A program made the position numbers and the translations under genes. 64,000 nt of DNA, from positions 80,104,001 to 80,168,000 of the forward strand of contig OZ024741.1 of the NCBI GenBank assembly GCA_964016885.1, given 5' to 3'. The notes beneath the pieces were generated by a model. It was not told the origin of the DNA. It was given only the letters and a program-made list of their open reading frames with translations, and ran no database searches. The stretch comes from Eledone cirrhosa (taxonomy: Eukaryota). The number at the start of each line of letters is the position of its first letter. Position 1 is the stretch's first letter. This document shows positions 24,306 through 37,676 of the stretch, piece after piece.

Positions 24306-25244
24306 TTAGCAAAAATCCACCCGGTGGGCGGTTTTCTGCTAGCAAATCTAGTGTATATACTGATATTGTTGAGATTTGGATGAGAAATGTTTTCGGCACC
24401 ACATGTTCACCGTCTCTCGGTGTGTCTTTTATGCATGTATAAATATATATGTTATCTATACAGTGAAATCTTTGAAATAAATATATGTTAAAACGAAAAA
24501 GAAGAAAATAAATAACTGGCGGTTAGAAAAAAATATTCCTATGAAATTGTAATCATACCATTAGGTGTGAATAAGGAATTATTTTTAAATTGTCAAAACA
24601 AATGTTCAAAAGTTAAACTTCAATTTTTTTAATTATTTCCAATTTTTTCATGAAATTGAACACTGGACATTGGCTGCTGGAAATGGAAATTAAATCGTAT
24701 TTAATTGTATTTAAATTTCTAACCTTATTTTATTATTTATATTTTTTCAATAAGAAATAAAACAACAACAAAAAAAAAATTGAAGAAAAAAATTGAACAA
24801 ATCAAACGTAGGTTATGGAACTGCGCAATCTGATTAATAAATTACCTCATCAGCAGCAACCTTCTTCAAATGGTCCTTATTATCAGCAGCAACAACCACA
24901 AATTCAATGGCAACCTTCTTCGTATGGTGTCAAGTCAGAACCGCCTCGAACTGGTTACTTCTGGCTTGTGCAAGGTGTCTCTATAGCAACCAGCGATTCC
25001 CTCGGCCTCAGTGCCCAAAGTCAGTAGAGAGGGGAAGGTAATGATTCTATAAAGGGAGGGGAAGGTAATATTTCTGTAGCGCGTGTTTTAGCGTCTATTC
25101 ACTCTCTCTCTCTCCCTCTCTCTCTCCCGCTATCCCCCTCTCGTAGTCTGTCTCTTTCTTTCACTCTCACTCTCTCTCTCTACGCACGTGTTTGCACTGT
25201 CGGACAGACAGACAGAGAAATTGCTGGTTATATATATAAGTAGA
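24306..25244 (-). mobile_element. Non-autonomous Helitron B (939 bp)
   Basis: 5' TCTACTTATATATA; 3' hairpin plus CTAA (CTRR); tandem duplicate of C. Confidence 0.8.
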
Positions 25245-26211
25245 CTAGCAGAAAACCACCCGGTGGGCGGTTTTCTGCTAGCAAATCTAGTGTATATACT
25301 GATATTGTTGAGATTTGGATGAGAAATGTTTTCGGCACCACATCTTCACCGTCTCTCGGTGTGTCTTTTATGCATGTATAAATATATATGTTATCTATAC
25401 AGTGAAATCTTTGAAATAAATATATGTTAAAACGAAAAAGAAGAAAATAAATAACTGGCGGTTAGAAAAAAATATTCCTATGAAATTGTAATCATATCAT
25501 TAGGTGTGAATAAGGAAATATTTTTTTATTGTCAAAACAAATGTTCAAAAGTTAAACTTCAATTTTTTTTAATTATTTCCAATTTTTTCATGAAATTGAA
25601 CACTGGACATTGGCTGCTGGAAATGGAAATTAAATCGTATTTAATTGTATTTAAATTTCTAACCTTATTTTATTATTTATATTTTTTCAATAAGAAATTA
25701 AAAAAAACAACAACAAAAATTGAAGAATAAAATTGAACAAATCAAACGTAGGTTATGGAACTGCGCAATCTGATTAATAAATTACCTCATCAGCAGCAAC
25801 CTTCTTCAAATGGTCCTTATTATCAGCAGCAACAACCACAAATTCAATGGCAACCTTCTTCAAACCACAAATTCAATGGCAACCTTCTTCGTATGGTGTC
25901 AAGTCAGAACCGCCTCGAACTGGTTACTTCTGGCTTGTGCAAGGTGTCTCTATAGCAACCAGCGATTCCCTCGGCCTTAGTGACCAAAGTCATTGGAGAG
26001 GGGAAGGTAATGTTTCTATAAAGGAAGGGGAAGGTAATATTTCTGTAGCACGTGTTTCAGCGTCTATTCACTCTCTCTCTCTCCCTCTCTCCCTCCCGCT
26101 ATCCTCCTCTCGTAGTCTGTCTCTTTCTTTCACTCTCACTCTCTCTCTACGCACGTGTTTCCACTGTCGGACAGACAGACAGAGAAATTGCTGGTTATAT
26201 ATATAAGTAGA
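25245..26211 (-). mobile_element. Non-autonomous Helitron C (967 bp), head-to-tail with B
   Basis: A|TC at 26212/26211; CTAG at 25245; near-identical to B plus an ~27-bp internal duplication at ~25834-25890. Confidence 0.82.
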
Positions 26212-26215
26212 TAAT

Positions 26216-26330
26216 AATTGTTTCTACTTTTTGGCAGAACGCCAGCAATTACCCAGTGCATTACTGGTACTTTATTTTATCGACCCCGTAAGGATGAAAG
26301 GCAAAGTTAACCTCGGCGGGATTTGAACTC
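26216..26330 (-). mobile_element. SINE fragment (B-box, Nin-like core, tail)
   Basis: gagttcaaatcccgccgaggttaactttgcctttcatccttacggggtcgataaaataaagtaccag on the minus strand. Confidence 0.88.
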
Positions 26331-26935
26331 AAATAATAATAATAATGACAACTATAATAACGCCAATAATAATAAAAAAAAAAGAAAAGGAAACAAAAGA
26401 AAAAATGAGAAATATAGAGAAAAGTAAGAAAAAGAACGGGAAGGAGAGGGGAAATCAAGAACTGTGGTGTAACAGAAGAGAGGAGAGGTGTGAAGGGGCG
26501 GTGATTGGGCTTTGGGCCTAGGGCAAGGGGGCAGAAGTGCTGCGCCCCGCGGACAAGACCGCAAAAGCATTCCCGCAGACAATGGCGATTGACACCCGCT
26601 GCAACAGCCACCCAACCTCGCGGGGATCCTTCCTCAGACGGGCCGCCGACGTTCCGATCTTGCGGAGTAGCTCGGCAGTACGGGGTCAAAGTACGCCTGA
26701 GGTCTTGACGGTGACCGGGGCGAAGAGGAAGCGGCTGGATAAACCCCGGTATTTGTTTATTTTACGTTCTTCTGCAAGGTGGGCCGCGATGCCAGGGTTT
26801 GTGGCCGAAGCAACTAAGTTGGAGGCGGAGAACGTGTCGAGGGATCTACCTCCTTCGAATGGGAAAAGGGTGATTCCGTCGAGGCGCTTGCCATCTCTGC
26901 GGTTTAGGCCTGCTGGCTCCACCACGATTTGTGAA
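26331..26935 (-). mobile_element. 3' end of a CRE-clade RLE non-LTR retrotransposon with ATT-rich tail
   Basis: EPAGLNRRDGKRLDGITLFPF..AEERKINKY..FAPVTVKTSGVL, continuing after a frameshift to WLLQRVSIAIVCGNA; pyrimidine-rich 3' UTR. Confidence 0.85.
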
Positions 26936-27334
26936 AGACAGCGATATTGGTTGCAGATTTTCAGCGGACCAATCACTGGATCATTCTATTTTGAAATATT
27001 TTGAAGCGCTCCTTACATCTCATATTTATGTTTGTCTTGAAATAAAATGGATAATTTCTCGCTTAGACACTGCATGCAGCGTAAATTTGAACTCGAGCGA
27101 CCATGTACATAGAGAGAAGCACCTCCAAGAATTTACCTTTTGACTTTAAACGCCATCGGATGAGTTTGATTTAAAATCCAAATAGTATTGGAAAGAGTTG
27201 GAGCAATTTTTCAATGTCACCTGTATTAATTATCAATATAATCGTACAGAACATTATTCGTAGTACTACTACCTCTAAACATAATACCATATGAGTATGG
27301 GGGTAGTTGGAGAGAAAGAGAGAGAGAGAGAGTC

Positions 27335-27347
27335 TGTGTGTGTGTGC

Positions 27348-27439
<92 letters not shown>
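27335..27439. repeat. (GT)n microsatellite
   Basis: Direct reading. Confidence 0.97.
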
Positions 27440-27444
<5 letters not shown>

Positions 27445-28000
27445 CGGAGACTATAAGGAAGTAAAATTGTATACTTCCTAGGTTACATAAATATAGTTTA
27501 GTTATGGATTGTAAAATAAATCAAGTCCGGAAGACCATGGTGTAGTTCAGAAAACCAATTAAAAAGAATTTATGTTCTATGCGTACAGTTCACATATTTC
27601 TGATGTACATGTTCGCTTTATACACAAATAAGATATAAGCGTAATAAAGGCAAGTAATAAAAATGCAAATAACATATAAGCGTAATAAAAGCAGACAGTA
27701 AAGAATATGAAAACATATTTGTTAGTTTAGTTTTATTCTACAAAACGTATTGAGTTTGTATAAATACATGACAGGTCGTAGTGATACACCTTAAAATTTC
27801 TGATAGATTACAATGTAAGTCATAGTGACCTTGTCTGGAAATTGATGTTTGGAAAATATACGTGATAATAAAAAGTAAATCTAAGAGAGATAGAGACAGA
27901 GGAATTGGAGGAAAGAGAGAAATTCATTGATGAAGTTAAAATGAAAGAGAGTAACAGTTAGAAAGAAAGAGAGAGCCAGAATTGAAACAAGGAATAGATG

Positions 28001-28078
<78 letters not shown>

Positions 28079-28083
<5 letters not shown>

Positions 28084-31000
28084 TAATTTCAGCGAGATCG
28101 TATTTCGGCTGTGGTTAAAAACAAAGCGAAACGCAATTTTCGAGATAAGCGGCAAGCGCTCAATGGACTAAAAGAAGACCAGAGCAATTAACAAATGTTA
28201 TAGAGGACAAACAAACTGAAAACGGCGGTCATGAAGTTATCAGCCACCGGAGCCAAAAAAAAAACGAAGCAAGCTAAACAGGTTTTAGCAGAGAGTTATG
28301 TTTAGAAGTTGTAAGAAGTTGTAATGTTGCCACGAGGAACCATCATTGGTAGAAAGATATGATATTTATATCGACAACGACTTTAGCTTGTTTTTTACAT
28401 TATTTATTAACAAAGGTTAAGAAGTGAATTAAGCTGGCATGCCAAGAATAATGAAATAATTCAATTAAGATTGCAAGAGAAAATACGGTCGACTGGCTGA
28501 GGCATTTGGCCAGGTCCGTAGTAAAATTGTTGTGTCGTTACATATTGTTTGTGCTTACGGAGCAAAAGAACAAGTGGTGTTTACCTTAGCATGGTCAAGC
28601 TGCAAGAGTCAGATTCCTCAAATCTTCGCAGGCTATTTCTCCCTCAGGACGCGTAGGGATACATTCTCTTCTCCTAGCGCTGATTGGCTGAGCTGAGCCA
28701 AATCACGCACAGAGAATGTATGTGAGCCCGCGGATTGTAGGTCACTACAATACCCCCCTCCTAGACGGAAGTCGATACAGATTATTGAATCAGCAAGAAT
28801 AAATGCTGAAAGAGCACATCAGTGAAAAAATAATTGAGCAGAAGGATGCATGCAAGAAAAAATCAGGCGCTACGGGCCGTGTTGAGCCGCTGTCAAATGA
28901 CTAGCCGTTTTGTAGTTTATACGTGACCACCAAAGGTCTAACAGAAAACGGATAAAGTCTGACATGGGAGAAGTTGCTGTTCTTGCATTAAATGTTGATG
29001 GTAAGTGTTGTACCAGTAGCTGTGGACGAAGCTATTATGGTAGTTTAACAGTGCTGGCAAGAAGATGATGGGTAGGCGAGAAAATGTTGGCCTCCCAGAT
29101 GTATTGCCGAATGTGCTAGGGAGCCAGGAAAAAATGGCTGGTTGCTTTGATAAGAAAAAAAGCAAGCTGAATCTGTAGGTGGGTTGCAGTCCCACAATTC
29201 GGGCGAATCCACAGAAGTGGTGGAAATGCTGACAAGTCCAGTTCTATTTGTTGTTTTCCCGGTGAGTTGGGTAAGATAACAAGATAGAGGTTGTTATGGA
29301 CGCTGAATGTGCAACGAGATGCGAAACTGTTTGAGTTCAGCTGCAATTAGCATTCTCGTGTTGCGGTGCAGGTGAATTAAGCTGCAAGTGTCGATAGCAT
29401 GTTTTGGTACCTCCAGAATGTGAAAAGGGATCTCGCAGAATATTACGACGCTTGAAGATCACATACCATAGACAACAACATGCTGGTGTGTGTATATATG
29501 CAAGCATGTAATACAGCAAAGAAAATGTGTGCGTGCGGTCACATATACAATGATAGAGAGAAATGAATTTTCATATAATACAGTTTTTAAAAAAATAAAT
29601 GTCCAAAATAAATGCCTGAAAAAGAAAAGGAAGAAAGAAAGAATTGTTTCTTTTCCTTTAACAAAAAGTTCGCTTTTTTTTCTTTGGGAACGCTCTTACT
29701 AGGGAGCTAGTAGAGTTGTTGTTGTTGTTAAAGCAAAGTCACAATGAATCTTTTGTAGAGTCGAAGTCTAGCGTTGAAGAACCTAGAGTCACCAATATGG
29801 CAGCCACATCTGGCGCCATAATGGTGAGAAAACTAATGTCTTAATTTCTCGAGTCCTTGTGGTAACGAGACAGAAGGTATGGAGGTTGCGTCGGTAAAGT
29901 TACAAGCCGTTCCCTGGTGTTGGTTAATAGTTAGCCATGTGTTGCTGCTGATGGCTGGTACTTGGTGGTAGCCGTTTTGAAATTTCCTCGTGGCGTAAAG
30001 TTTTTGAAATACTGCTAATTTTTTTTCTAAAAATATTCTAAAGAAAATTTGAATAATAAAAAAAATTATTTTCCATGAAAATTATTCGGCAAGAAAATCC
30101 CAAGATGGCCGATCGAAAAATGTGTCCGTGATGAAGAAGCCGTCATGTGGCACGATGCAGCCAATCAGATGGCTGGGATTGAAGACAAGGTGTACGCGGG
30201 AAAACAAAATTTTTGAGTCTCCATTTGTAATTTTAACAGAAGGTTGAAAGCAAAATTCTATATCCAGAGAAATCCTTTTTTTTTTTTTTATTTTTTTTTT
30301 TTTTTAACAAACTATGCTTGCAAGGCAAGTTGTTCTTAGTCGGTGGTCACCGTACTCATTTTATCAACTAATTGAAATATACCAAACCACCTCAACCGGA
30401 TAGAAGACATCGCACAATTTTCAATCCAAAAGAGAAATTTTTTGTTAGTCGTCGAAAAAACTCTTGTGTTGTATTTTTGTGTTCGTCTGTATGCGTGAGT
30501 CACTAGTGTTACCATGAAAGTTATGACAGAAACATTGTGCAGGCCGCGTGCTTCAACAAATGGAATATTATGAATTTTATGGACTTACGCTAAATGAGTC
30601 TAGCTACCCGATTCGAACATTCCAAATGTTAAGCCACTCCACATAGCCATTAAAACGAATGGCGAATTCAAATAGGCTGCGTTTTCATACTTAATTGTCG
30701 AGGGTCACCAATTTAGGAGAAAAGTATTTGTGAGTTAACAAAAGAATTTACCGAGACCTCCTGGAAATTGATGGTATAATCCAGTGGGAGGTTTCTGTGA
30801 TACCTAAATCAATTATACTGCCTGCTTTGGTTGTAAGCTTTTGGTATAACGATCGAACAAGACTCCCATTTCGTCAACAGGTATTTTGTTCTCACCCGGC
30901 GAGCGGGTTCCAATGCGGGTTCCAATGCATGTAGTGTTGGAGTGATTACCCCACGTGTTTACCCTGCAAGGGAGGTAACCCCGGTTTTTTAGCGGATGCA

Positions 31001-31284
31001 TTCAGAATGTGTAAAATTATTGCAAGAATTTCAAAATACTGCACAAATCGAATTAAGCTCTCGACCGGGTTGTTTTTAAAATAAACTTAAGCAATTAATT
31101 AGTCAATAGAATTGTCTAATAGAATTAACTAATTAATTGCTAGGCCCAGGAGATTAATACAAATATAATTTCAGCGAGATCGTATTTCGGCTGTGGACAA
31201 AAACAAAGCGAAACGCAATTTCCGAGATATGCGGCAAGCGCTCAATGGACTAATCGTCGAGGGTCACCAATTTAGGAGAAAAGT

Positions 31285-31351
<67 letters not shown>

Positions 31352-31455
31352 TCAAAGCAAGTATAATTACAAATAAGTATGTTTTGAAACAGCGAGCCAG
31401 TTCATGAAGTTATCAGCCACCGGAGCCAATAAATCGAAGCAAGCTAAGCAGGTTA
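28079..31455. mobile_element. Unclassified ~3.4-kb element bounded by split direct repeats
   Basis: Repeat A 28079-28171 and 31161-31253; B 30692-30734 and 31251-31293; C 28229-28285 and 31402-31454. Confidence 0.5.
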
Positions 31456-31457
31456 AC

Positions 31458-31545
<88 letters not shown>
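31290..31545. repeat. Two (GA)n tracts
   Basis: 31290-31349 and ~31468-31545. Confidence 0.95.
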
Positions 31546-31548
<3 letters not shown>

Positions 31549-31607
31549 CCCTCAAATTACATCCAACTGTCTTAAATTAAGATGGACACAGTGGACAACT
31601 TAATCCC

Positions 31608-32016
31608 TTCTTCTTCTTCTTCTTCTTCTTCTTCTTCTTCTTCTTCTTCTTCTTCTTCTTCTTCTTCTTCTTCTTCTTCTTCTTCTTCTTCTTCTTCGAC
31701 GAGGGGCCTGGCGGAAGATTCCTCAAGCATCCTTCCAACCGATCCTGTCAGAAGCAACCCTCTCCAATTGATCCCCGAGCGAAATCAGTCGAGCTTATGA
31801 ATGTTATCCAAATATCTTGCTTGGCGTCTACCTCTGGATCTCCTCCCGGTTTGTTTTGCATGTAAAATCTGTCATCGATTCTTTCCTGAGACATTCTAAC
31901 CATATGCCCGTGATATTGAAGCTGTGGTCTCTCAATTCGGAGAAGTAGTGGCTCTACGTGCTACACACTCTATTGAGTAACGTTACTCCAAAGATCCTAC
32001 AGATGAACTCCATTTC
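31608..32016 (-). mobile_element. 5'-truncated RTE-clade LINE with (GAA)n tail
   Basis: Minus-strand frames give EMEFICRIFGVTLLNRV..EPLLLRIERPQLQYHGHMVRMSQER..GRRSRGRRQARYLDNI; (TTC)n at 31608-31697. Confidence 0.85.
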
Positions 32017-32106
32017 GGTGAATATTCTGGCTTTTTGTATATCAAAGACTAAGTTGTTGGATGGAGCAACTTAGTCTCTGATATACAAAAAGACAGAATG
32101 TTCACC
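32017..32106. other. 90-nt near-perfect inverted repeat (hairpin)
   Basis: ~40-bp arms with two mismatches and one G.U pair. Confidence 0.85.
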
Positions 32107-32659
32107 ACTGGAACGCTTTTAATCATAAATCAATCCGATCGAAGTTAATAAGGAGTTTAGCAGAATGGTTCTTTAGAATAATATTTTTGGTTGTTCATTG
32201 TATTTCATATTGGTGTAAATAGGATCCGAAAGAGATGATGTGTTAAGGCTGCGTGTTTGATGTTGGTAGTCCATGTGGACGGATAAGAGAGGAAAACGCC
32301 GCAAGAATATATAATAAATAATTTTTTTTTTTCGTAAAATATTATAATAAAATGCTAGGTGCCGTTGTAGCGTATATCTAGGTAAGAGGTTGCTGGGCCC
32401 TTGCCGAGAGGACCAAAGTTCCTTGGTAAATGTTTCATCTTGTCAGTTCCTCCAAGGAAGGGATTGACATAACGTCCTGCTTGTCTGAAGAAGAAGCTGC
32501 AACTCTTTTAAGTAAAAGAAAAAGGCACGAATTATTTAGTTGGGCGGACTTACAGACAAGCGCAACCCATTTGTTCCGCGGTAAGTAGTGCCTTTGCTTA
32601 CAACAGGAACTACATTTAAGAGACAGACGAAAAAACTTATTCGGAAGTGGATACCGTCG

Positions 32660-32695
<36 letters not shown>

Positions 32696-33899
32696 TTCGT
32701 TCACAATACACAATATCAACATATAATAAATAATTAGATTTGTGTATACATTTGCTGTCACAAGGGGATGAAATTGAAATTGGATCTGTCAAAGTGAGTG
32801 ACAAAGTGTGGCATGTATTTATCATGCTTGACCGGAATAACAAACGGAAAATGTATATGAAAGAGACAGAATTAAAATAAGAGTCGGTTGGAGTAAGAGG
32901 TATAGCAGCGGTTGGAGTGGCAAGTTATACCACGTAATATATTCTATGTATATTTGGAGCAAAGATTACGGCAAAAAGAAACTAGGGTTTTGAAAAACAA
33001 TTGTATAATTAACAAAAATGTTATTTTTTACTATATGTGTATACGTAACGATATATTAATCAATATGCTCTTCTTATTTTGAAGGCGATAGATTATTTGG
33101 GGAACATTTGATTGTTATTTATAACAGATGGAGGAAAGGGTGCGTGTTTCCTAGTCAGCTCATTATAATGCTATAAATAGCACCATAACTATCCTCCAAA
33201 GTTCAGATTAACGATAAATGAATGCCATGGCATTAGACGGAAGTTATCTATTTTAAGATCGTGTTGATCTTTGCAACTCGAGATCTTTTACTACCGACTG
33301 AAAAAATAGGTCAGCGACACAAGATGGCGATTTACTATAAAATGTCACATCCAAATATGTTTTGTGGAAGAAAACAGATAACGGTCTTTATCTAGCATAT
33401 AATGACAAAATAATTAATGACACACATACATACACTGCTCACATGCACACGCATCCAATAGTGTTGCTACAACCCTAGATCAACCTTTAACAAGCTGAGC
33501 CATGGTCAAAAGTGCTCCGATCGTGACCAACCCAATACAGACTTAGTATATCGAGTATTATAGTATGCAATACGTCGTCCCTAAAAAGATATATATATCT
33601 AGCACTCAACGTCATATTACTTCTTAAAAACAGGGATGTCGGAGTATATTAATAAAGAGGAAAATGCGAAGTTGAAGATGTTAGGGTCTTTTATTAATTG
33701 AGCAGTTATATATATTTCAAAGACGATAAATATCGTGATTTCTTCAGATGGCAAAAATTGCTGTCAGGATGTTCTGAAAGTTAGAAGGGAGTGGACACAC
33801 AAAGCAAAAACATACACATTTTTTAGTCCACTCCCTGCCACCCAAAATTGCCTCGGAAATGTTACCTTTTAATTAATGTTTGCTGTCTGAAGAAATATA

Positions 33900-34779
33900 C
33901 GAGGTGTGTCAGAAACGTTCCAGGACTGATGTCACAAAAGATTTATTTCAAACCCAAACTTCACACTAAGAGTTTTCTCCTTCAAAGTAATCCCCCTGGA
34001 GTATGTAACTGTAATCTTAGCTCTCTGCAACGATCAAACTTTTTTCTTCATAATTTTATATACATGCCCTCTGTTTCAGGTCGTCAAGCAATGAGCACAG
34101 AGCAACGATCAAACTTGAAGTTTCTGGTACGGTTGGGGAAAACTCCGCTGCAGCAAGTGTATGGAGATGGAGACGATGTCACGCTCACGTGTTTTTTGAG
34201 TGGTGCAAGAGGTTTAAAGAAGGACGCGAGGGCGTGGAAGATGATCCCAGGAGCGGAAGGCCCTCAACAACCAGGACTGAGGTCAACGTTGAGCGCGTCA
34301 GGCAGATGGTGCGTAGCGATCGTCGGCTGACTGTTCTACTGATGGCAAATGAGCTGGGCATGAATCGGGACAATGTCTGGAAGATTCTCACTGAAGATTT
34401 GGACATGCGGAAAGTCTGCGCGAAGATGGTGCCAAAACTGCTGAACGATGACCAGAAGGGTCGACGCATGCAAGTGTGGCAGGACATCTTCGAGCGTCTT
34501 GAAACCGAACCAGACTTGCTAGGGACAGTCATCTTCAAGTACGACCCGGAGGGGACCCGTTTTGAAGACGTGGTCGACATCAAAAAGGCCGTGACGACGG
34601 AACTGCGGAGGATCCCGGAAGAATCCTTCCAGGAGTGCATGCAAGCGTGGTAGAAAAGGATGGAAAAGTGCATTAGACTCCAGGAGGATTACTTTGAAGG
34701 AGAAAACTCTTAGTGTGAAGTTTGGGTTAGAAATAAATCTTTTGTGACATCAGTCCTGGAACTTTTCTGACACACCTAG
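33900..34779 (+). mobile_element. Internally deleted mariner transposon with ~103-bp TIRs and TA TSD
   Basis: TA|cgaggtgtgtcagaaa.. and ..ttttctgacacacctag|TA; transposase remnants MSTEQRSNLKF, FEWCKRFKEGRE..DDPRSGRPST, KMVPKLL fused to C-terminal GTRFEDV..DYFEG; catalytic core missing. Confidence 0.95.
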
Positions 34780-34851
34780 TACATATACATCTACATATAT
34801 ATACATATATATATATATATATGTATGTATATATATGTGTATGTATATATA

Positions 34852-34955
<104 letters not shown>

Positions 34956-35028
34956 CAAGGTTTAGCAAATAAGAAAAAGTTTCAAAATAAATTTCAAAAA
35001 ATTCACTGTACTTACTATTGTTACCTTT

Positions 35029-35110
35029 ACCCAATCGGTTTCGAGTCTCAAAAATAAATGGACAGTCCTTGCGGCCTTCCATTGAAAATATAAACTCTCG
35101 TCAGAAGGTT
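35029..35110 (-). ncRNA. Decayed type I minimal hammerhead ribozyme in a Penelope-like pLTR remnant
   Basis: CUGACGA-GAGUUU..AGACUC-GAAAC-CG-AUU; core and stem II intact; stem III palindrome ACCGGU apparently mutated to ACCGAU. Confidence 0.65.
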
Positions 35111-35438
35111 CTTTTCACTCGGAGAATATAAAATTCCCGAGTTCAAATTACGAACTGGCGCTATTCAAAAGTGTTCCCGAGATGAGAATGAATGATGTGG
35201 AAGCAATTCTGTCCAGTGCCGTGTGTAAAGATAGAAGCAGAGGCAGGGAGGTCAGTCTACTACCACTATAAATAGCAGCAGTCAAAACGACCACATTTTA
35301 TCTCGACCAAGAGGAGAATAATAATAATAAAGTATATATCCCTACACGCAAAAAGCGTATAGGGACACATGTATTGTCCAACCATATGCCAATGTGGTTC
35401 AATGATATATATATATATATATACATATACACGTATAC

Positions 35439-35472
<34 letters not shown>

Positions 35473-35681
35473 ATATATATATTTATTTATTTAGGTTTGT
35501 TGGTTCACCACTGGATAGAACTGGTCATTCCGTATGGTCAACCTCGATGTAATATTATGGAGAGCACTCAATGTAATGCAACTACCCGTCTTCGTTTGTG
35601 TCGTTAGTGGTGTGAGTATGGAGTTAATTATTATAAAATAACAGAAGGCTGGACAGGTGTAAATCCTTGAAAGGTTTATAA

Positions 35682-35761
35682 TACTATGATCATTTCAATG
35701 ACCGGTTCAGTATGATGTCACAGGATTCATATTGAACCCGGTCATTGAAATGATCATAGTA
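35682..35761. repeat. ~34-bp-arm inverted repeat, probably a fold-back pLTR end
   Basis: tactatgatcatttcaatgaccggttcagtatga / tcatattgaacccggtcattgaaatgatcatagta. Confidence 0.8.
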
Positions 35762-35791
35762 TATATAAATATATATATATATATTGTAAGA

Positions 35792-36163
35792 TAGGGACGT
35801 AAACAAGAGAAGAAAAATAGCCCTTCATCAGCTGTTTACTGCGAATCGCACGGAAAAACCTTGCTCCGCAGTTATAAGGCCACCGGGTTTAAATCCAATC
35901 GGTACGTTTTAACTTATTCTATTTCCTCCTTGGTTACTCACTTGCATTTGCCATTGTCCTGTGTATCTTCCTATTCGGTTTGTTTACTTTTTTTTCCTTC
36001 TTTCTCTCTCTTCACCATCATTTATTTCCCTCGCGGCCTTTTGATGGATAAAAGGCCTCGGGCGCGCTGCCGATCGATGTCCTGTTTTTAAGCGCCGAAA
36101 TATATATGATCCGCAGTAAACAGCTGATGAAAGGCTACTTTTCTTCTCTTGTTTACGTCCTTA
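35792..36163. mobile_element. Probable Penelope-like pLTR with inverted partial copy, inside (TA)n
   Basis: 56-bp inverted arms at 35792-35847 and 36108-36163 containing ctgatgaa. Confidence 0.6.
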
Positions 36164-37304
36164 TTACCATCTTTCCCTTTGTTTACAGTAACCACACAGC
36201 CTGCCTCTTTACTTGTATTTTTATATATCTATATATATATAAAGGGAAGATGGACATTGTTTAGTGTACCGAACTTGCATGCTACACCGTTCATCCAATT
36301 TTCATGAAACCTCACACACATATAAAACTCAACGCGTAGAGTGGAATAGGCTACTTGAAATTTTCGAAAAATCGATAATCGGGCCCTATGACAGAATGTT
36401 TTTCGATTCTAATGAAATTTTATGTGAATTCGAACACAAGAACTCTTAGTTTACATCTGGCGCAATAAAAATAAATTTCATATGCCCATATAAGGACGTG
36501 CGTTATTGATTGGACGGCCAGCTGCATGTCTTCCCAGCTGTCTCAGTAAACGACCGACCATTAAAGAGTTTATCTTTTCATATTCCACTTTATTCAAGTG
36601 GAAATACAGTATTATCCCTATCTGAAAAGGGAACCAAATTTAATGGTGTCTTTTGTGAACCTAAAAGCTGTGAGTAAATTTTCAAACAGTCTTAAATAAT
36701 CATGCTTTTTGAAAAAAAAATTACTAAATAATACGTTGACCAAGTTGTGTTGTACACATACAATACAAGTAAAAAAATTTACGTCGTACCAATATTTTCC
36801 TTTTTTAAACAAAAGATTCTAAAAAATTACTTAATTTATAATACAGTCTTTTGCACAGGAAGTGAGTAACTTTTCGGGTGTTTAAACTTAAGTTCACCAG
36901 GGTTTGTGTCTTCATTATTAGCCCACCTCTAATGGCATTTTTTGTTCTGCTTACGACTAAATGTTATGATCGTATTTGCAATTAATTGCGCACACGTGCA
37001 CACCTGCATGCAGATAGACACTGACAGCCAATAAAAAATCGATAACTTGCTTATTAAGATATCGGTCAAAAAGAAAGATTGAATGTACTTTAGAACATTT
37101 TTTTAATATATTATTCTTTTTGGCATGATATGTCAGAAATATAGCTACTATACACTTTGGTTATTTTTTGTAACTAAAAAACGGTTCCTTTTGGGTGGAT
37201 ACTTAACGAGAAAAATCCTAGGGTTTTGGACAAGTTTGTTTCAGGCGCTGTATAGACGCCTATTTTGTCACACCTTGGTCATGAATTCGTATTCTTTTCC
37301 AATA

Positions 37305-37554
37305 GATATTTTCCGCTCTATAAGGCTCACCAGGATATAAGGCGTATCATTTAAAATCAGGTCCGCGCAACGGCGTGTAAGGCCAACCAGAAAATGCTAT
37401 CTTCTTTACTTTTAGTCTAGATCTATTACTTCTGTTAGAGCCGTGATTGATTACCATTGTATTATTTATACATAAGGCTCACCGGAGTATAAAGCGCAGA
37501 GCTGTTTTTTGATTAAATTTAATTATTTTAAGTGCAAGACGGGAAAATTCGGTA
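37305..37554. mobile_element. Degenerate pogo/Tigger-like MITE nested in Helitron D
   Basis: tattttccgctctataaggctcacc.. and ..gggaaaattcggta ends; internal taaggctcacc direct repeat. Confidence 0.5.
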
Positions 37555-37676
37555 AGTTATTGTAATCATATTTCCAGACCTTCCCATTCACCAGTAACCA
37601 TGCTAACGAATCTGGTGTCATCTCTCTCTGTATTTAATCACCTCTCTCTAACCTAACAGCTTCGTTACACGTCGTT

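Noticed and set aside
32110-33890. Possible host exons in the less repetitive stretch
   Set aside because: No convincing ORF with splice sites or recognisable domain
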